A stretch of DNA of 64,000 nt. It comes from Promethearchaeota archaeon. Lineage in GTDB: Archaea; Asgardarchaeota; Lokiarchaeia; Sigyniarchaeales; SOKP01. A model generated the notes under the pieces. The model was given only the letters and a program-made list of their open reading frames with translations, ran no database searches and was not told the origin of the DNA. The DNA lies in NCBI GenBank assembly GCA_048940645.1, contig JBHLOI010000009.1, positions 1-64,000 of the forward strand, written 5' to 3'. Position numbers and translations under genes: made by a program. Within the stretch, counting starts at the first letter, position 1. The number at the start of each line of letters is the position of its first letter. Below are positions 10,215-20,184 of the stretch, piece by piece.

Positions 10215-12536
10215 CTAATTAAAAAGGCTAATAAAATCTGGATTATCTCTTATTTTTTTGAAATATTTTGAGTTCTTAAGCTCTTTAAATCCAGGATGTC
10301 CCTTCTTTTTAGCTTCTTTTAGGTATTGAATCACCTTTTCTATTTGACCTTTTTTCAAGTAAAACCATGCAAGATTTTCATAAATAACTGGATGCATTTG
10401 ATCTAGTTTTTGTAACCCTTCATTAACGATTTCTACCAAATTTTCATCTATTTTGTCAGCAACTATGTAAGCATCTGTCATATTTACCCAAAGAGAAGGA
10501 ATCATTTTTCTTTTCTTTTTATTCCAATAATTACTCACTAATTTCAAGGCTAATTCGCTAGCTTCTTTCGTTTCTTTTCTATTTAATGCATAAAGCACAT
10601 TGGAGAGCGAATACGGATTATTTAGAACTTTATCATTTTTCAAAGAGAATTCAAGGTATTCATCAATAACATCTTGTCGACCTAAAAGAAATGCTGCATT
10701 AATAATACCTGCTATGAACATTGGTTCAGAAAATCCTTGTTTAATTGCTTTTTCAAACACTAACAAAGCTTTATCCCATTTGTTTTTAAATGTATAGATT
10801 ACTCCTAATTCATTAAATAATCCTTTAGGGCAATTGGGTAAGTCAATAGCTAATTCCATGATCTTAGTACCTAAATTCACATCAGATTGGTCAGATTCTT
10901 TAACAACGGGCTCATAATTTTTCGTAGTTATTTTAACATTTGTAATTTTTTTTCCAATTTTATATAATTCTTTGGCTCTCTTATCAGTTGGAATCTCCTT
11001 CAGATATTTTTCGATAAATTGAATTGGATTTTTCGATTTTTTTATTTGTTCAATGATTACTATTTTAGGTTCCTCTTTTACTGCTATGATTCTTGGATCC
11101 ATTTGAACTTCACATCCCTTATTTTTCAATTCAGATATCCATTGGTTTATGGAATCTGAAAAATCGGCGAATTGATTTTTCCTTAAATTTAATTGCTTTA
11201 GTGATTTCAACTTTACAATCGAATCAGGGAGATTGTTTAATTTATTATTCTCTACATGAAGGTGTGTAAGGCTAGTAAGGTTCCCTATGGAGTTAGGAAG
11301 ATGTGTTAATTGATTATTGCGTAAATCAAGTCCCTGAAGGGATTCTAAGTTACCTATTTCCTCGGGGAGAGAAGATAATTTATTATAACGTAAGCCCAGC
11401 ATTCTAAGTAAAGGTAAGCCACCAATCGATATAGGTAAGGAAATTAATTCATTTTCTTGTAGTATTAATATTTCAATCTCTTTTAAATTACCAATTTCAT
11501 CAGGAAGGGTGGATAATTTATTTTTTTCTAACCCTAATAGTTTGAGCGATTTCATAGCGCCAATTGCTTTTGGGAGTGCTTTTAATTGATTATCGTCTAA
11601 AAAACACTCTTTAACCAGTTTTAAATTACCAATTAACTCTGGTAGTGATGAAAAATTATTGCGTTGTAAATCTAATAAATAAAGGTTTTTAAGATTAAAT
11701 AGGGATTCATGGAGTGTTTTTAAACCCATTCCTGCCACTCCGACTCCATTTACATGCTCCTCTTTTACCATAATTCCAATCGTACCAGCCTCGATAAAAT
11801 CAACAATATTGAGATTTCTTCCAATCAAAGCTTCCATTATTTCTATGGCTTCAATTTCGTAGGCAGGTAATTTAATTCCGTGAAATTCCTTCTTTTCTGT
11901 GTTTAATTTTTTATCCTTAATCTCTAATATTGATATTAGTCCATTCACATTCCTAGGGGGATTAGCGAAATTTTGATTCTTAAGCACCTTGATTACGTCT
12001 GGATACTTTTCCTTATTTTTTTCAAAAATAACTCTAGTTAATATATATGGACCGATAAAGCATCTCTCTAAACTAGCCTGATATTCTTTACTATCATGAA
12101 CTACTATTTTATTAAGATTTTCGTTTAATGCCTCAAAGAACTTAGGGATCTTTTCCCAACCGTATTTTGGGTCAAATAAAATTTGAAAATCTTTAGCTCC
12201 TTCATTAATGAAAAGATATTCCTCAATTGTTATATGCTTTTTTTTTTCCCAGAAGTCAGACGGAAATTTTCCAGCAACCTTCTTTATTGGAATTATACTT
12301 TTAAATGGAATAATTCCCTTAAATTCAACATGTATATTTCCTTTTACTGGTAAAGTACCTATATCAGATAATTCAAAATAACTATCATAAACACTGATAT
12401 TTAGATTCACAGGAGGAAAAAGAATTTTTGCATCAGAATAATCCTCTGCATTTCTTCCTTGGATTAAGAATGCAACTTTTTCTCTAAAAGTTATAAAAGG
12501 TAAATCTTTTTTTCCACCTTTCTTAGTTTTTGAAAT
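10215..12536 (-). CDS. LRR + TPR-like protein (probable ATT start at 12536; ORF track starts at GTG 12410)
   Basis: About 8-9 LxxLxLxxNxLxxLPxxIG repeats; C-terminal TPR-like helices (YENLAWFYLKKG); frame open 42 codons further upstream to an ATT preceded by GGTGG. Confidence 0.8.
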   Translation of the reverse strand: MSKTKKGGKKDLPFITFREKVAFLIQGRNAEDYSDAKILFPPVNLNISVYDSYFELSDIGTLPVKGNIHVEFKGIIPFKSIIPIKKVAGKFPSDFWEKKKHITIEEYLFINEGAKDFQILFDPKYGWEKIPKFFEALNENLNKIVVHDSKEYQASLERCFIGPYILTRVIFEKNKEKYPDVIKVLKNQNFANPPRNVNGLISILEIKDKKLNTEKKEFHGIKLPAYEIEAIEIMEALIGRNLNIVDFIEAGTIGIMVKEEHVNGVGVAGMGLKTLHESLFNLKNLYLLDLQRNNFSSLPELIGNLKLVKECFLDDNQLKALPKAIGAMKSLKLLGLEKNKLSTLPDEIGNLKEIEILILQENELISLPISIGGLPLLRMLGLRYNKLSSLPEEIGNLESLQGLDLRNNQLTHLPNSIGNLTSLTHLHVENNKLNNLPDSIVKLKSLKQLNLRKNQFADFSDSINQWISELKNKGCEVQMDPRIIAVKEEPKIVIIEQIKKSKNPIQFIEKYLKEIPTDKRAKELYKIGKKITNVKITTKNYEPVVKESDQSDVNLGTKIMELAIDLPNCPKGLFNELGVIYTFKNKWDKALLVFEKAIKQGFSEPMFIAGIINAAFLLGRQDVIDEYLEFSLKNDKVLNNPYSLSNVLYALNRKETKEASELALKLVSNYWNKKKRKMIPSLWVNMTDAYIVADKIDENLVEIVNEGLQKLDQMHPVIYENLAWFYLKKGQIEKVIQYLKEAKKKGHPGFKELKNSKYFKKIRDNPDFISLFN

Positions 12537-12587
12537 TTATATCGACCACCATATTTTTTATCAAAAAAATTGAAATTTTTAAGTTAA

Positions 12588-13268
12588 TTAAGCTTTTGCC
12601 GCTTTTTTTGCCCTTCTTTTATCTTTCCATCTCCATCCTGTAAATCCCTTACTTTTTTCCTTGGCATATTGTTCTAAAACAACTAAGATTTTTTTTCGCG
12701 ATTTCCTTTTAAAATCTCTACCTGATTCAAATTCATAACTTCGTTCATAATCTGCTCCTTTAAAAATTAGTTTGAAATACACAAATCTTGGACCTAATAT
12801 TATAGGACCTGGTGTTGGTATTACTGTCATTGACTCTCTCTTTGCAATTTCAATGGAATCAAAATCAGCCCAGTCAATTCGAAAATAAGGTTTATGAGGT
12901 ATGTTGATCTCGATATACTTATCAGTAATTGTAAACCTTCTAAGTTTAGACAACCCTCGTAAATAATGCCTTGCCCAAAATATGAAGCCGATCGTTAATG
13001 GCCAAATAATTGGAATTGCAATAAGTCCATATGCACCATATTCAAACGGAATCGCAATTGTTACTAAAACCATAAAAGCAACAAATATTACTATACAAAC
13101 AATACTACCGATTAGAGATCTTTTGTAATGCTCAATAATTTCAAATTTTCCCTCCTCTACATCCGAGAATTTAAATCCACATTCAATACAAAATTGATTT
13201 GAACCAGAATTAACCTGATTACATGAAGGGCAAACTTTTTCTGGATTTTTAATATTCATTTTCTTCAC
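12588..13268 (-). CDS. Zinc-ribbon + 2TM + PH-like beta-domain protein
   Basis: CPSC...FCIECG; two TM helices; FTITDKYIEI...IDWADFDSIEI resembles bacterial PH-like domains. Confidence 0.7.
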   Translation of the reverse strand: MKKMNIKNPEKVCPSCNQVNSGSNQFCIECGFKFSDVEEGKFEIIEHYKRSLIGSIVCIVIFVAFMVLVTIAIPFEYGAYGLIAIPIIWPLTIGFIFWARHYLRGLSKLRRFTITDKYIEINIPHKPYFRIDWADFDSIEIAKRESMTVIPTPGPIILGPRFVYFKLIFKGADYERSYEFESGRDFKRKSRKKILVVLEQYAKEKSKGFTGWRWKDKRRAKKAAKA

Positions 13269-13336
13269 GCTAATTATTTAATTTTAAAAATATGAATAAT
13301 GAATATATAGGGCATAAAAGTAATTAAATCTTTGAT
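13132..13336 (-). repeat. Duplicated promoter + Zn-ribbon coding module, copy 1
   Basis: Nucleotide similarity to 18660-18873, including non-coding gaataatgaatatatag and taattaaatctttgat. Confidence 0.85.
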
Positions 13337-13455
13337 ATTTAGTGTTTAATTTTTTTACTACAGTATCTTGAATTTGCTAATATTTTAAATGTAGATATGC
13401 ATTAAATAAATACATAAATAAATCCAATTTTATCCTTAGGAGCTGAAAATTAGAA

Positions 13456-15129
13456 TTGAGGAAAAGAAGCATTTTTATGATAATAATAGTCTCTATTTCT
13501 ATTATAGTACAGTTATTTGGAATTCCATATTTAGGAATCAAACTTACCTCTCATGATGTAGAGTTTGATTATGTATACGATTGGAATCTTATAGGGACTG
13601 GTGGATGGTATGAGGGTTATAAAGAGACTTTCAGATCTACTGGTACCTATACTGTAGACTTTAGTGGAAATATAGCAAGTGTAATAGGAAGAGTATCTTG
13701 GACATTTACAGAGAATTATTATGATTCATCTAGTAGCAGTGATGAGGTCTATATTTTTACTTATTCACTAATTAATGGTTCTTATTTAACAGGAACAGAT
13801 CAAGAATATAATACATCTGGTATGAATGTATGGTTTCATATTCCTGGGGGCATATCTTCTTCAGAATACTCAATTCTTGACACAAATTATACTTTAATGC
13901 CTGATGCAACTATTTGGGTAGGCTATTTAATGCCTTTCGCTGGAAAGCGTTTGCATTCTGAAGGTATATATTATAGGGACGATGAATATGGTGAATTTAC
14001 CGCAAATTATCAAGTTGATAACTTTTTTACTCCTGAGGGGTATCTTATTGGAGAATTGTACCATGAACAAGATGAGGGTTTTGATGATCTCACAGGATAT
14101 TGGTCTGAATTTAAATTGGATTCCGTTCTTTTTATTAAATCTTCTAACTATCTCAGGCCGTTCAATATTGGTATATACCTTTTAGCATATTGGTTTCCAA
14201 TATTTAGCTTTTTAATTCTATTGTATGTCGTTTATGAACGCTTAAGATGGAGACCAATCATAATAAGCAAAGAATTAAAAGATGGAGAAGTGATTATTGA
14301 ACGAGATATTCCTAGAGGTATTACTTTTTCAGTAGATTCTGCTTATTCCGAGATAATCCCCTCTTATTTAGTTCGGGCAAGATCCCAAGGAAAAAGAATA
14401 ATTTGTGCTCATAATCAAAAAGTATTAGAAGGTATTGGTTTTATTGAACCTAATGGAAAAATTGGTACTTTTTATGGAAGCTATACTCCTGAAATGATAA
14501 AATATGTCAAAGTTAAGTATGCATTTACAGAAGTTTCAAGAAATCCTAATTTCAGAGTTATAGAAAAGTATGATATCTTTCAAATTGAAAATCTTCAAAT
14601 GCGGGATTTTACTTTTGACACTAATTACATCAAACCAACCACTCCACAATATCTCCACAGCATTATGAAGATGGTGGCAAATGAAGATACAGGAAAAAGA
14701 AAATCACGATATGCAAAATGGGTTGAAAAATCTTATGAGGATGATATTTCTGTGATTGCGAAAGCTTCAAGGCAAGATAGTTGGGTAAAATCTGTTCTAA
14801 CGGAGTTATATTACCATAATTATCCAAAACCTGAAATGATAATGGATGAAGTGCTTATGGGTGTAGGTTTTGCAACCGCTGGAGAAACAACTGGATGGTT
14901 ATATGGTCTTTATGTACATCCTGCCTTTAGAAATCGAGGGATTGGGAGAATGCTAGTATTAGCACGCCTTTCTGCTCTTAAGGAAATGGGTTGTGGTTCT
15001 GCAATTACAGAAATAGCAGAATGGAATAGTCCAGCGAAAAAAATATATGAAGATTTAAATGCTGAGAAAGTAGGAAAAATTAATCTTTTGGGAAAAAAGA
15101 TGCCTAAAGTTAAGGTGAGACGATACTGA
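13456..15129 (+). CDS. Membrane protein with extracellular beta-rich domain and cytoplasmic GNAT acetyltransferase
   Basis: N-terminal hydrophobic signal/anchor; TM IGIYLLAYWFPIFSFLILLYVV; acetyl-CoA motif LYVHPAFRNRGIG and NSPAKKIYEDL. Confidence 0.85.
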   Translation: MRKRSIFMIIIVSISIIVQLFGIPYLGIKLTSHDVEFDYVYDWNLIGTGGWYEGYKETFRSTGTYTVDFSGNIASVIGRVSWTFTENYYDSSSSSDEVYIFTYSLINGSYLTGTDQEYNTSGMNVWFHIPGGISSSEYSILDTNYTLMPDATIWVGYLMPFAGKRLHSEGIYYRDDEYGEFTANYQVDNFFTPEGYLIGELYHEQDEGFDDLTGYWSEFKLDSVLFIKSSNYLRPFNIGIYLLAYWFPIFSFLILLYVVYERLRWRPIIISKELKDGEVIIERDIPRGITFSVDSAYSEIIPSYLVRARSQGKRIICAHNQKVLEGIGFIEPNGKIGTFYGSYTPEMIKYVKVKYAFTEVSRNPNFRVIEKYDIFQIENLQMRDFTFDTNYIKPTTPQYLHSIMKMVANEDTGKRKSRYAKWVEKSYEDDISVIAKASRQDSWVKSVLTELYYHNYPKPEMIMDEVLMGVGFATAGETTGWLYGLYVHPAFRNRGIGRMLVLARLSALKEMGCGSAITEIAEWNSPAKKIYEDLNAEKVGKINLLGKKMPKVKVRRY

Positions 15130-16331
15130 CTAAAATTATATCGAAAAATATTTCTAAGTACCATCAATTTTTACTTGATTCAAGAAATATTGTTCTTTAT
15201 GAAACAGAACCTGAATTCCGAAAAATTAATCCTCAATTCCATTCATTAGAAAAATGGATAAAAATATATTTAGGTCCGGCAACGGCAGAATTACATAAAT
15301 TGGATAACAAAACTCAGCACGCCATTAGAGATGAAAACCGAAACGCAATTATTCCAAATTATTATACTACTATTAATGACAAAACCTTTTATTTGTCCGT
15401 AAAAGGATGTGGGGCATATGAGGACATGTTTTTTGGAGGAACGTTAACTCCTTCAAAACTAAAAGATTCTTGTCGAGATTCACAGCTTTATTCCAAATTA
15501 AAAGATCTTTCTACGGGATTAGGATTCATCATGGCCGAATCCTGGATGGGTGAAAGCCCTTATGGAGCCCAAGGACACATTAATGCATTTGACGAATTAA
15601 AATATTCTATGATTGCAAAAAAAGATTCAATAAACGGTGCTCATTTATGTCCAGCTATAGGAGTTGTTCAAATACCCCAAAAAATAGAAGAATTAGCCAG
15701 AAAATTCTTCTGGTTCCGAACTTATAAAAAACATTTTTATCAAGTAATACGGCTTGTTCCATCAAATATAAGGCTATATTTTGAATCGGATTATGTCATT
15801 GCAAAACCAAGTTCAATTTTCTCTCTATTTCAAATTGATACAGTTGAAAAAGTTGAAAAATTTGAACTTAATTTTATTAAAAGTGGGATCGCATTATTAT
15901 CTCTATATTCAAGGTCGGCTAATATTAATGGGAATGAAATAACGGGGATTATTTATCAAGATGTATGGTTTGATAAAGATTGTGTGGTTGCCCCAGATGG
16001 TACCATTTACTTTGCGGATATTGAAGGCCTAATTTGGAAGACTGTTCCACTAAAAGAGATTAATGAAATTCAAAACAAAGAATGGCAAAAACTAGTTTAT
16101 GAATTTCTTTTTGCACTTTTTAAAATTGATTCTTATCGTTATGTTTTACAAGAGAGAGAAACTAATTGGTCTAAACAGCGTGAAGAATTGGCTTTCTTAA
16201 TACATCATGCTTTAAATAAAGACTTATTTTGTTATGCTGAAAATCGTAACAATAATTTAATTATTAATATTGGGGGAGAATCAATTCCTCTAATTGAAAT
16301 TCCAATATTAGAAATGGTGAATAATATATGA
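15126..16331 (+). CDS. Uncharacterised protein-kinase-like/SelO-like protein (probable CTG start at 15126; ORF track starts at TTG 15300)
   Basis: LSVKGCG resembles the SelO LQLKGxG motif; DVWFDKDCVV...IYFADIEG resembles catalytic-loop/DFG motifs; frame open from 15114; AAGGTGA SD 7 nt before CTG. Confidence 0.55.
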   Translation: MTKIISKNISKYHQFLLDSRNIVLYETEPEFRKINPQFHSLEKWIKIYLGPATAELHKLDNKTQHAIRDENRNAIIPNYYTTINDKTFYLSVKGCGAYEDMFFGGTLTPSKLKDSCRDSQLYSKLKDLSTGLGFIMAESWMGESPYGAQGHINAFDELKYSMIAKKDSINGAHLCPAIGVVQIPQKIEELARKFFWFRTYKKHFYQVIRLVPSNIRLYFESDYVIAKPSSIFSLFQIDTVEKVEKFELNFIKSGIALLSLYSRSANINGNEITGIIYQDVWFDKDCVVAPDGTIYFADIEGLIWKTVPLKEINEIQNKEWQKLVYEFLFALFKIDSYRYVLQERETNWSKQREELAFLIHHALNKDLFCYAENRNNNLIINIGGESIPLIEIPILEMVNNI

Positions 16332-17836
16332 AATGTGAAAGAGTATTAGAGATTTTAGAATCTATTAAGAATAAGACAGATATAATTATGTCTTATGAAG
16401 AAGCATCTGAACTATTCCAATATAATTTGATTTCAGAATTTGAATTACAAGGCTCAAGTAAACATATAGAACATGATTTAAAAGGTTTAAAAGGACAATA
16501 TATTCAAATATCATCAGAAATTAGAGACTCTTATAGGAATTTAATCTCCATGGAAGGAGAATATAAACGTTTATCTCCGGTAAAAAAATTCTTATCTTAT
16601 TTTAAGATTGGATTCGGAAGTTCATTGAAAAGTGAAATTGGAGAATTAAAAGTTTTAATTGAAAATAAAGACGATTTGGTAAAAAGTATCAAAAGTCAAA
16701 TTTTAAATTTAAATACTGAAAGAGAAAAAATTGAAAGAGCTGTTAAAGTTAATGGAAAAAGGGTAGTTCTTACACCTTTAGGGGATAGTATGATAGATGA
16801 AATTAAATCTCGTAGAAGATTTTTCTTTAGGGAACTCAGTGAATTAATAGAAGTTATTAATCTCTTAGATGCAGAATTCACTAATATTATTACTCAAGTG
16901 GGTAATATAATGAAAATCAGCAACTTTTCTGCAATATGGGCACTCTATTTAATCAATACAAATAAACTAAACCTTGTAAGTCTTATGAATAGCATCACTA
17001 TGAGTGAGTATGATTATAATAAAGCTCAGGAAAGGATGATGGGACTATCGTTTTATTTAATGAATAATCCAGACGTTATAATCCCTACATCAAATCGAAG
17101 TGCTTCTAGACTCGAAAATGCACTTGAATACAAGTCAAGAGAAAATAATCCTAAAGATGAAATATTTAATATACTTGATCGTACTAATTATTCAATTTAT
17201 GCTGAAAAAGCTATTTCCTTAATTGGAAAGTTATTTGCTATAAAAATTGAAAAATCTCCAGATGCGAGATATGAAGTTGATAAATATTTAGAAAATCTTG
17301 GAATTCTTGTTGATTTTCATTCAAACCTACCTATGATAGGTAAAGAAACTATTCTTTATAGTCATTTAAAGAATTTCACCGGTGAAGAAATGGTACATGT
17401 TCTTTTAATTTTAGCCCTTTCTACAAATTTAGACTCATACAACTATTTTTTCAAAATAATGGAGAACATACCCCAGGGTACCAAATTTTTCTCTGCTGTG
17501 TGTTCATTATTTCCTTGGGATCCCGAAGAAACATGGATGATCATGCTCCGAGCACAATCAAATATTTTAAAAGCCCAGAGTGCAAAATTTATACCTGAAC
17601 TAATAGAGTATTCATTGTTGATGAGTTTAAATCCAAGAATTATATCTATCGAAAATAATTTCTCGCAAGAAGATCTTAATAGATGGCAAAGCCTAATTAT
17701 TCCACTAATCCATTTAAGTAGTTATTCTTATCTTGAGAAAGATTTAGAAACCTATATAAGAAGAAGGCCTTTAGCTTATATCATTGCTCCTAGATACTAT
17801 TTCTACTCTTCATTACATTATCATGTCATCGGATAA
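16328..17836 (+). CDS. Hypothetical protein with N-terminal coiled coil, helical body and aromatic-rich C-terminal tail
   Basis: ATGA overlap with the upstream gene; heptad-like region at aa ~45-140; ends YIRRRPLAYIIAPRYYFYSSLHYHVIG. Confidence 0.75.
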   Translation: MKCERVLEILESIKNKTDIIMSYEEASELFQYNLISEFELQGSSKHIEHDLKGLKGQYIQISSEIRDSYRNLISMEGEYKRLSPVKKFLSYFKIGFGSSLKSEIGELKVLIENKDDLVKSIKSQILNLNTEREKIERAVKVNGKRVVLTPLGDSMIDEIKSRRRFFFRELSELIEVINLLDAEFTNIITQVGNIMKISNFSAIWALYLINTNKLNLVSLMNSITMSEYDYNKAQERMMGLSFYLMNNPDVIIPTSNRSASRLENALEYKSRENNPKDEIFNILDRTNYSIYAEKAISLIGKLFAIKIEKSPDARYEVDKYLENLGILVDFHSNLPMIGKETILYSHLKNFTGEEMVHVLLILALSTNLDSYNYFFKIMENIPQGTKFFSAVCSLFPWDPEETWMIMLRAQSNILKAQSAKFIPELIEYSLLMSLNPRIISIENNFSQEDLNRWQSLIIPLIHLSSYSYLEKDLETYIRRRPLAYIIAPRYYFYSSLHYHVIG

Positions 17837-17926
17837 TTTTTTTGATGATTCTTTCATTAGGAAAGGCGACTGTTAATATGGAAACTAATGAATTCAGCGA
17901 AGAGTTCATGACTTAATAAGCAGTTT

Positions 17927-18793
17927 TTATCTCATGGTGTGTGCACCATAATCCTTAAAATAGCGTTGATCTTTTTTTAATATCTCTTTTTTTATTTGTT
18001 TATTCTTTACTTTCTTTATTTTCTTCTCATATTTTTTTATCAATTTTTCAATTTGCCCTTCTAATCTTTTAATTTTACTATCTGCCGGAACTAACTTTTC
18101 CGCATAGCCTGACTGTCTCAATTTTACCCGACAATATGCAACGACTTTTTTAGCACCACCTTTGACAACGTCGCTTTCTACTCCTGTCAATTCTTTCCCA
18201 TTTAGAAGTAGGGTATGCCTTGGTCTTTCCATGGGTTTTACGTTGTCAACATCCCAATGACTAAGTCCCAGATTTAAATGTTTTAATTTTATAAGGTTTT
18301 CAAGACCTTTAATTGTAACAAAGAGATTTCCTTTAAGGTTTAACCTTTTTAAATTTATCAGATTATTTAAGCCCTGAATTTCTCTTATTTTGTTATAGCT
18401 TAGATCCAAATCAATTAAATTGGATAAGTTTTTTAAGCCTTTTATCTCAGATATTTCATTTCCTCTTAGATCCAATTTTAATAAATTCTTAAGAGTTTCA
18501 AGTCCTTTAATTTCACCAATTTGATTATTACTTAGTTTTAATATTTTTAGATCCGTTAGAGCTTCTAGACCGCTGATCTCGGTGATATCCTTTATCTCTT
18601 TCCCTGAAAGATCAAGAGTTAAAATACCTTCTTTTTCTACTCCTCTATATTCTTTACCTTCAATAATTTCAAATTTTCCAGACTCTACATCTGTGAATCT
18701 AAATCCACATTCGAAACAAAATTGGTATAAGATTGAATTAACCTGATTACAAGAAGGACAAACTTTTTCTTGATTGCTATTATTCATTTTCAC
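17927..18793 (-). CDS. Zinc-ribbon + SDS22-like LRR protein
   Basis: CPSC...FCFECG; repeats of LxLxxNxIxEIKGLExL. Confidence 0.85.
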   Translation of the reverse strand: MKMNNSNQEKVCPSCNQVNSILYQFCFECGFRFTDVESGKFEIIEGKEYRGVEKEGILTLDLSGKEIKDITEISGLEALTDLKILKLSNNQIGEIKGLETLKNLLKLDLRGNEISEIKGLKNLSNLIDLDLSYNKIREIQGLNNLINLKRLNLKGNLFVTIKGLENLIKLKHLNLGLSHWDVDNVKPMERPRHTLLLNGKELTGVESDVVKGGAKKVVAYCRVKLRQSGYAEKLVPADSKIKRLEGQIEKLIKKYEKKIKKVKNKQIKKEILKKDQRYFKDYGAHTMR

Positions 18794-18873
18794 ATTGATT
18801 CTTTAATTTTAAAGTTAGTTAAAAAAATGCGAATAATGAATATATAGAACATAATAATAATTAAATCTTTGAT
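18660..18873 (-). repeat. Duplicated promoter + Zn-ribbon coding module, copy 2
   Basis: Similar to 13132-13336; similarity ends right after codons GKFEIIE. Confidence 0.85.
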
Positions 18874-18904
18874 CTGTATACTATTATTGGAGAAATATTA
18901 AATC

Positions 18905-20062
18905 TTAGAAATCAATAGGTTTACCCACGTAAGCATATTCAAATATTTTTTTGAAATCGTTTTCATCCAAACCCCTCGGATTAAATGGAGTCAAAATGTC
19001 TCTTTTTGCTAACAGTGTTAATTTTTCTAAATTTTTTTTCCATTCATTCTCGTCGTTAATTATTTCTTTTAATGAACTAGGGATTTCAATATTGTGTAGA
19101 AAATCTCGTAAAAAATTGGCTAACATAACAGTTGGATTTTTAATCTCAAGAATATTTATAGTTTTTAAAATTTCGATATAAGACTCAGTACATTTATCCT
19201 TATTAAATTCAATCGTATACGGCAACATTATGCCTACAGTAATACCATGTGGAATATGATAAATCGCTCCCAAAGCATGACCACAAGCATGAGCAAGACC
19301 ACAACTAGAATTTGCCATTCCTATACCTGCCAATGAGGCCGCATTGTGTAATTTTTCCCTTATCTTAATATTATTACTATTATTTTCAAGAATTATAGGT
19401 AGATATTCAGCTATTAATTTAATGGCATGAAGATTTACAGCATCACTGAAATCTGACCTTAACCTACTGGTCATACCCTCAATCGCATGAACCAAAGCAT
19501 CCATGCCTGTTGATGCGGTAAGATTCTTGGGCATTTTCAAGCTTAATTTAGGATCTAGAATAACTGAATGGGGAATTATTTCTTGTGATGCGATTGGAAT
19601 TTTTTGTCCTGTTTCTGAATTAGTAATAATTGCTGCGGGCGTATGTTCAGCTCCAGTTCCAGATGTAGTAGGAATTAAAATTAATCGTGATTTTTGTCCC
19701 AAATTATAAGTCGTTATTGGATTGCATTCATATATTGAATTCCTTTCACTTTCATAAAGAAAATACATCATTTTTGCAACATCCAAAACAGATCCCCCTC
19801 CAAAACCAATAATTAGATCAGGTTTAAAGTCAAGAACTAAATCTTTGCCTTTTAAAATAACTTTGTCTTTGGGATCTGGTTCAACTTCATCAAAAAATAC
19901 AATCTCTTTCTTCTTTAAGAACCTTGTAATTTGTTCCCCAAAAAGATTTTTAACTACTCTATCGGTTATAATTAAAATTTTTGTCTCAGTAACTTTTTTC
20001 AGCTCTCTGAGGGAATTTTCCCCATGGAATATAGTTGGAATTCTTATTTTATTTAAAGACAC
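18905..20062 (-). CDS. Iron-containing alcohol dehydrogenase
   Basis: GGGSVLDVAK, PTTSGTGAE, DALVHAIE, GLAHACGH and IPHG motifs. Confidence 0.92.
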   Translation of the reverse strand: MSLNKIRIPTIFHGENSLRELKKVTETKILIITDRVVKNLFGEQITRFLKKKEIVFFDEVEPDPKDKVILKGKDLVLDFKPDLIIGFGGGSVLDVAKMMYFLYESERNSIYECNPITTYNLGQKSRLILIPTTSGTGAEHTPAAIITNSETGQKIPIASQEIIPHSVILDPKLSLKMPKNLTASTGMDALVHAIEGMTSRLRSDFSDAVNLHAIKLIAEYLPIILENNSNNIKIREKLHNAASLAGIGMANSSCGLAHACGHALGAIYHIPHGITVGIMLPYTIEFNKDKCTESYIEILKTINILEIKNPTVMLANFLRDFLHNIEIPSSLKEIINDENEWKKNLEKLTLLAKRDILTPFNPRGLDENDFKKIFEYAYVGKPIDF

Positions 20063-20184
20063 ATAATTTCACCCAATTAAAATTGATAACTCTTAAAAGT
20101 AAATAGTAATATAAAATTATTTCTCTCTACAGATTTAAGAGTTTTTCTATTTTAGAAAAATGTACTTTAGTGAAAGTTGATGTA

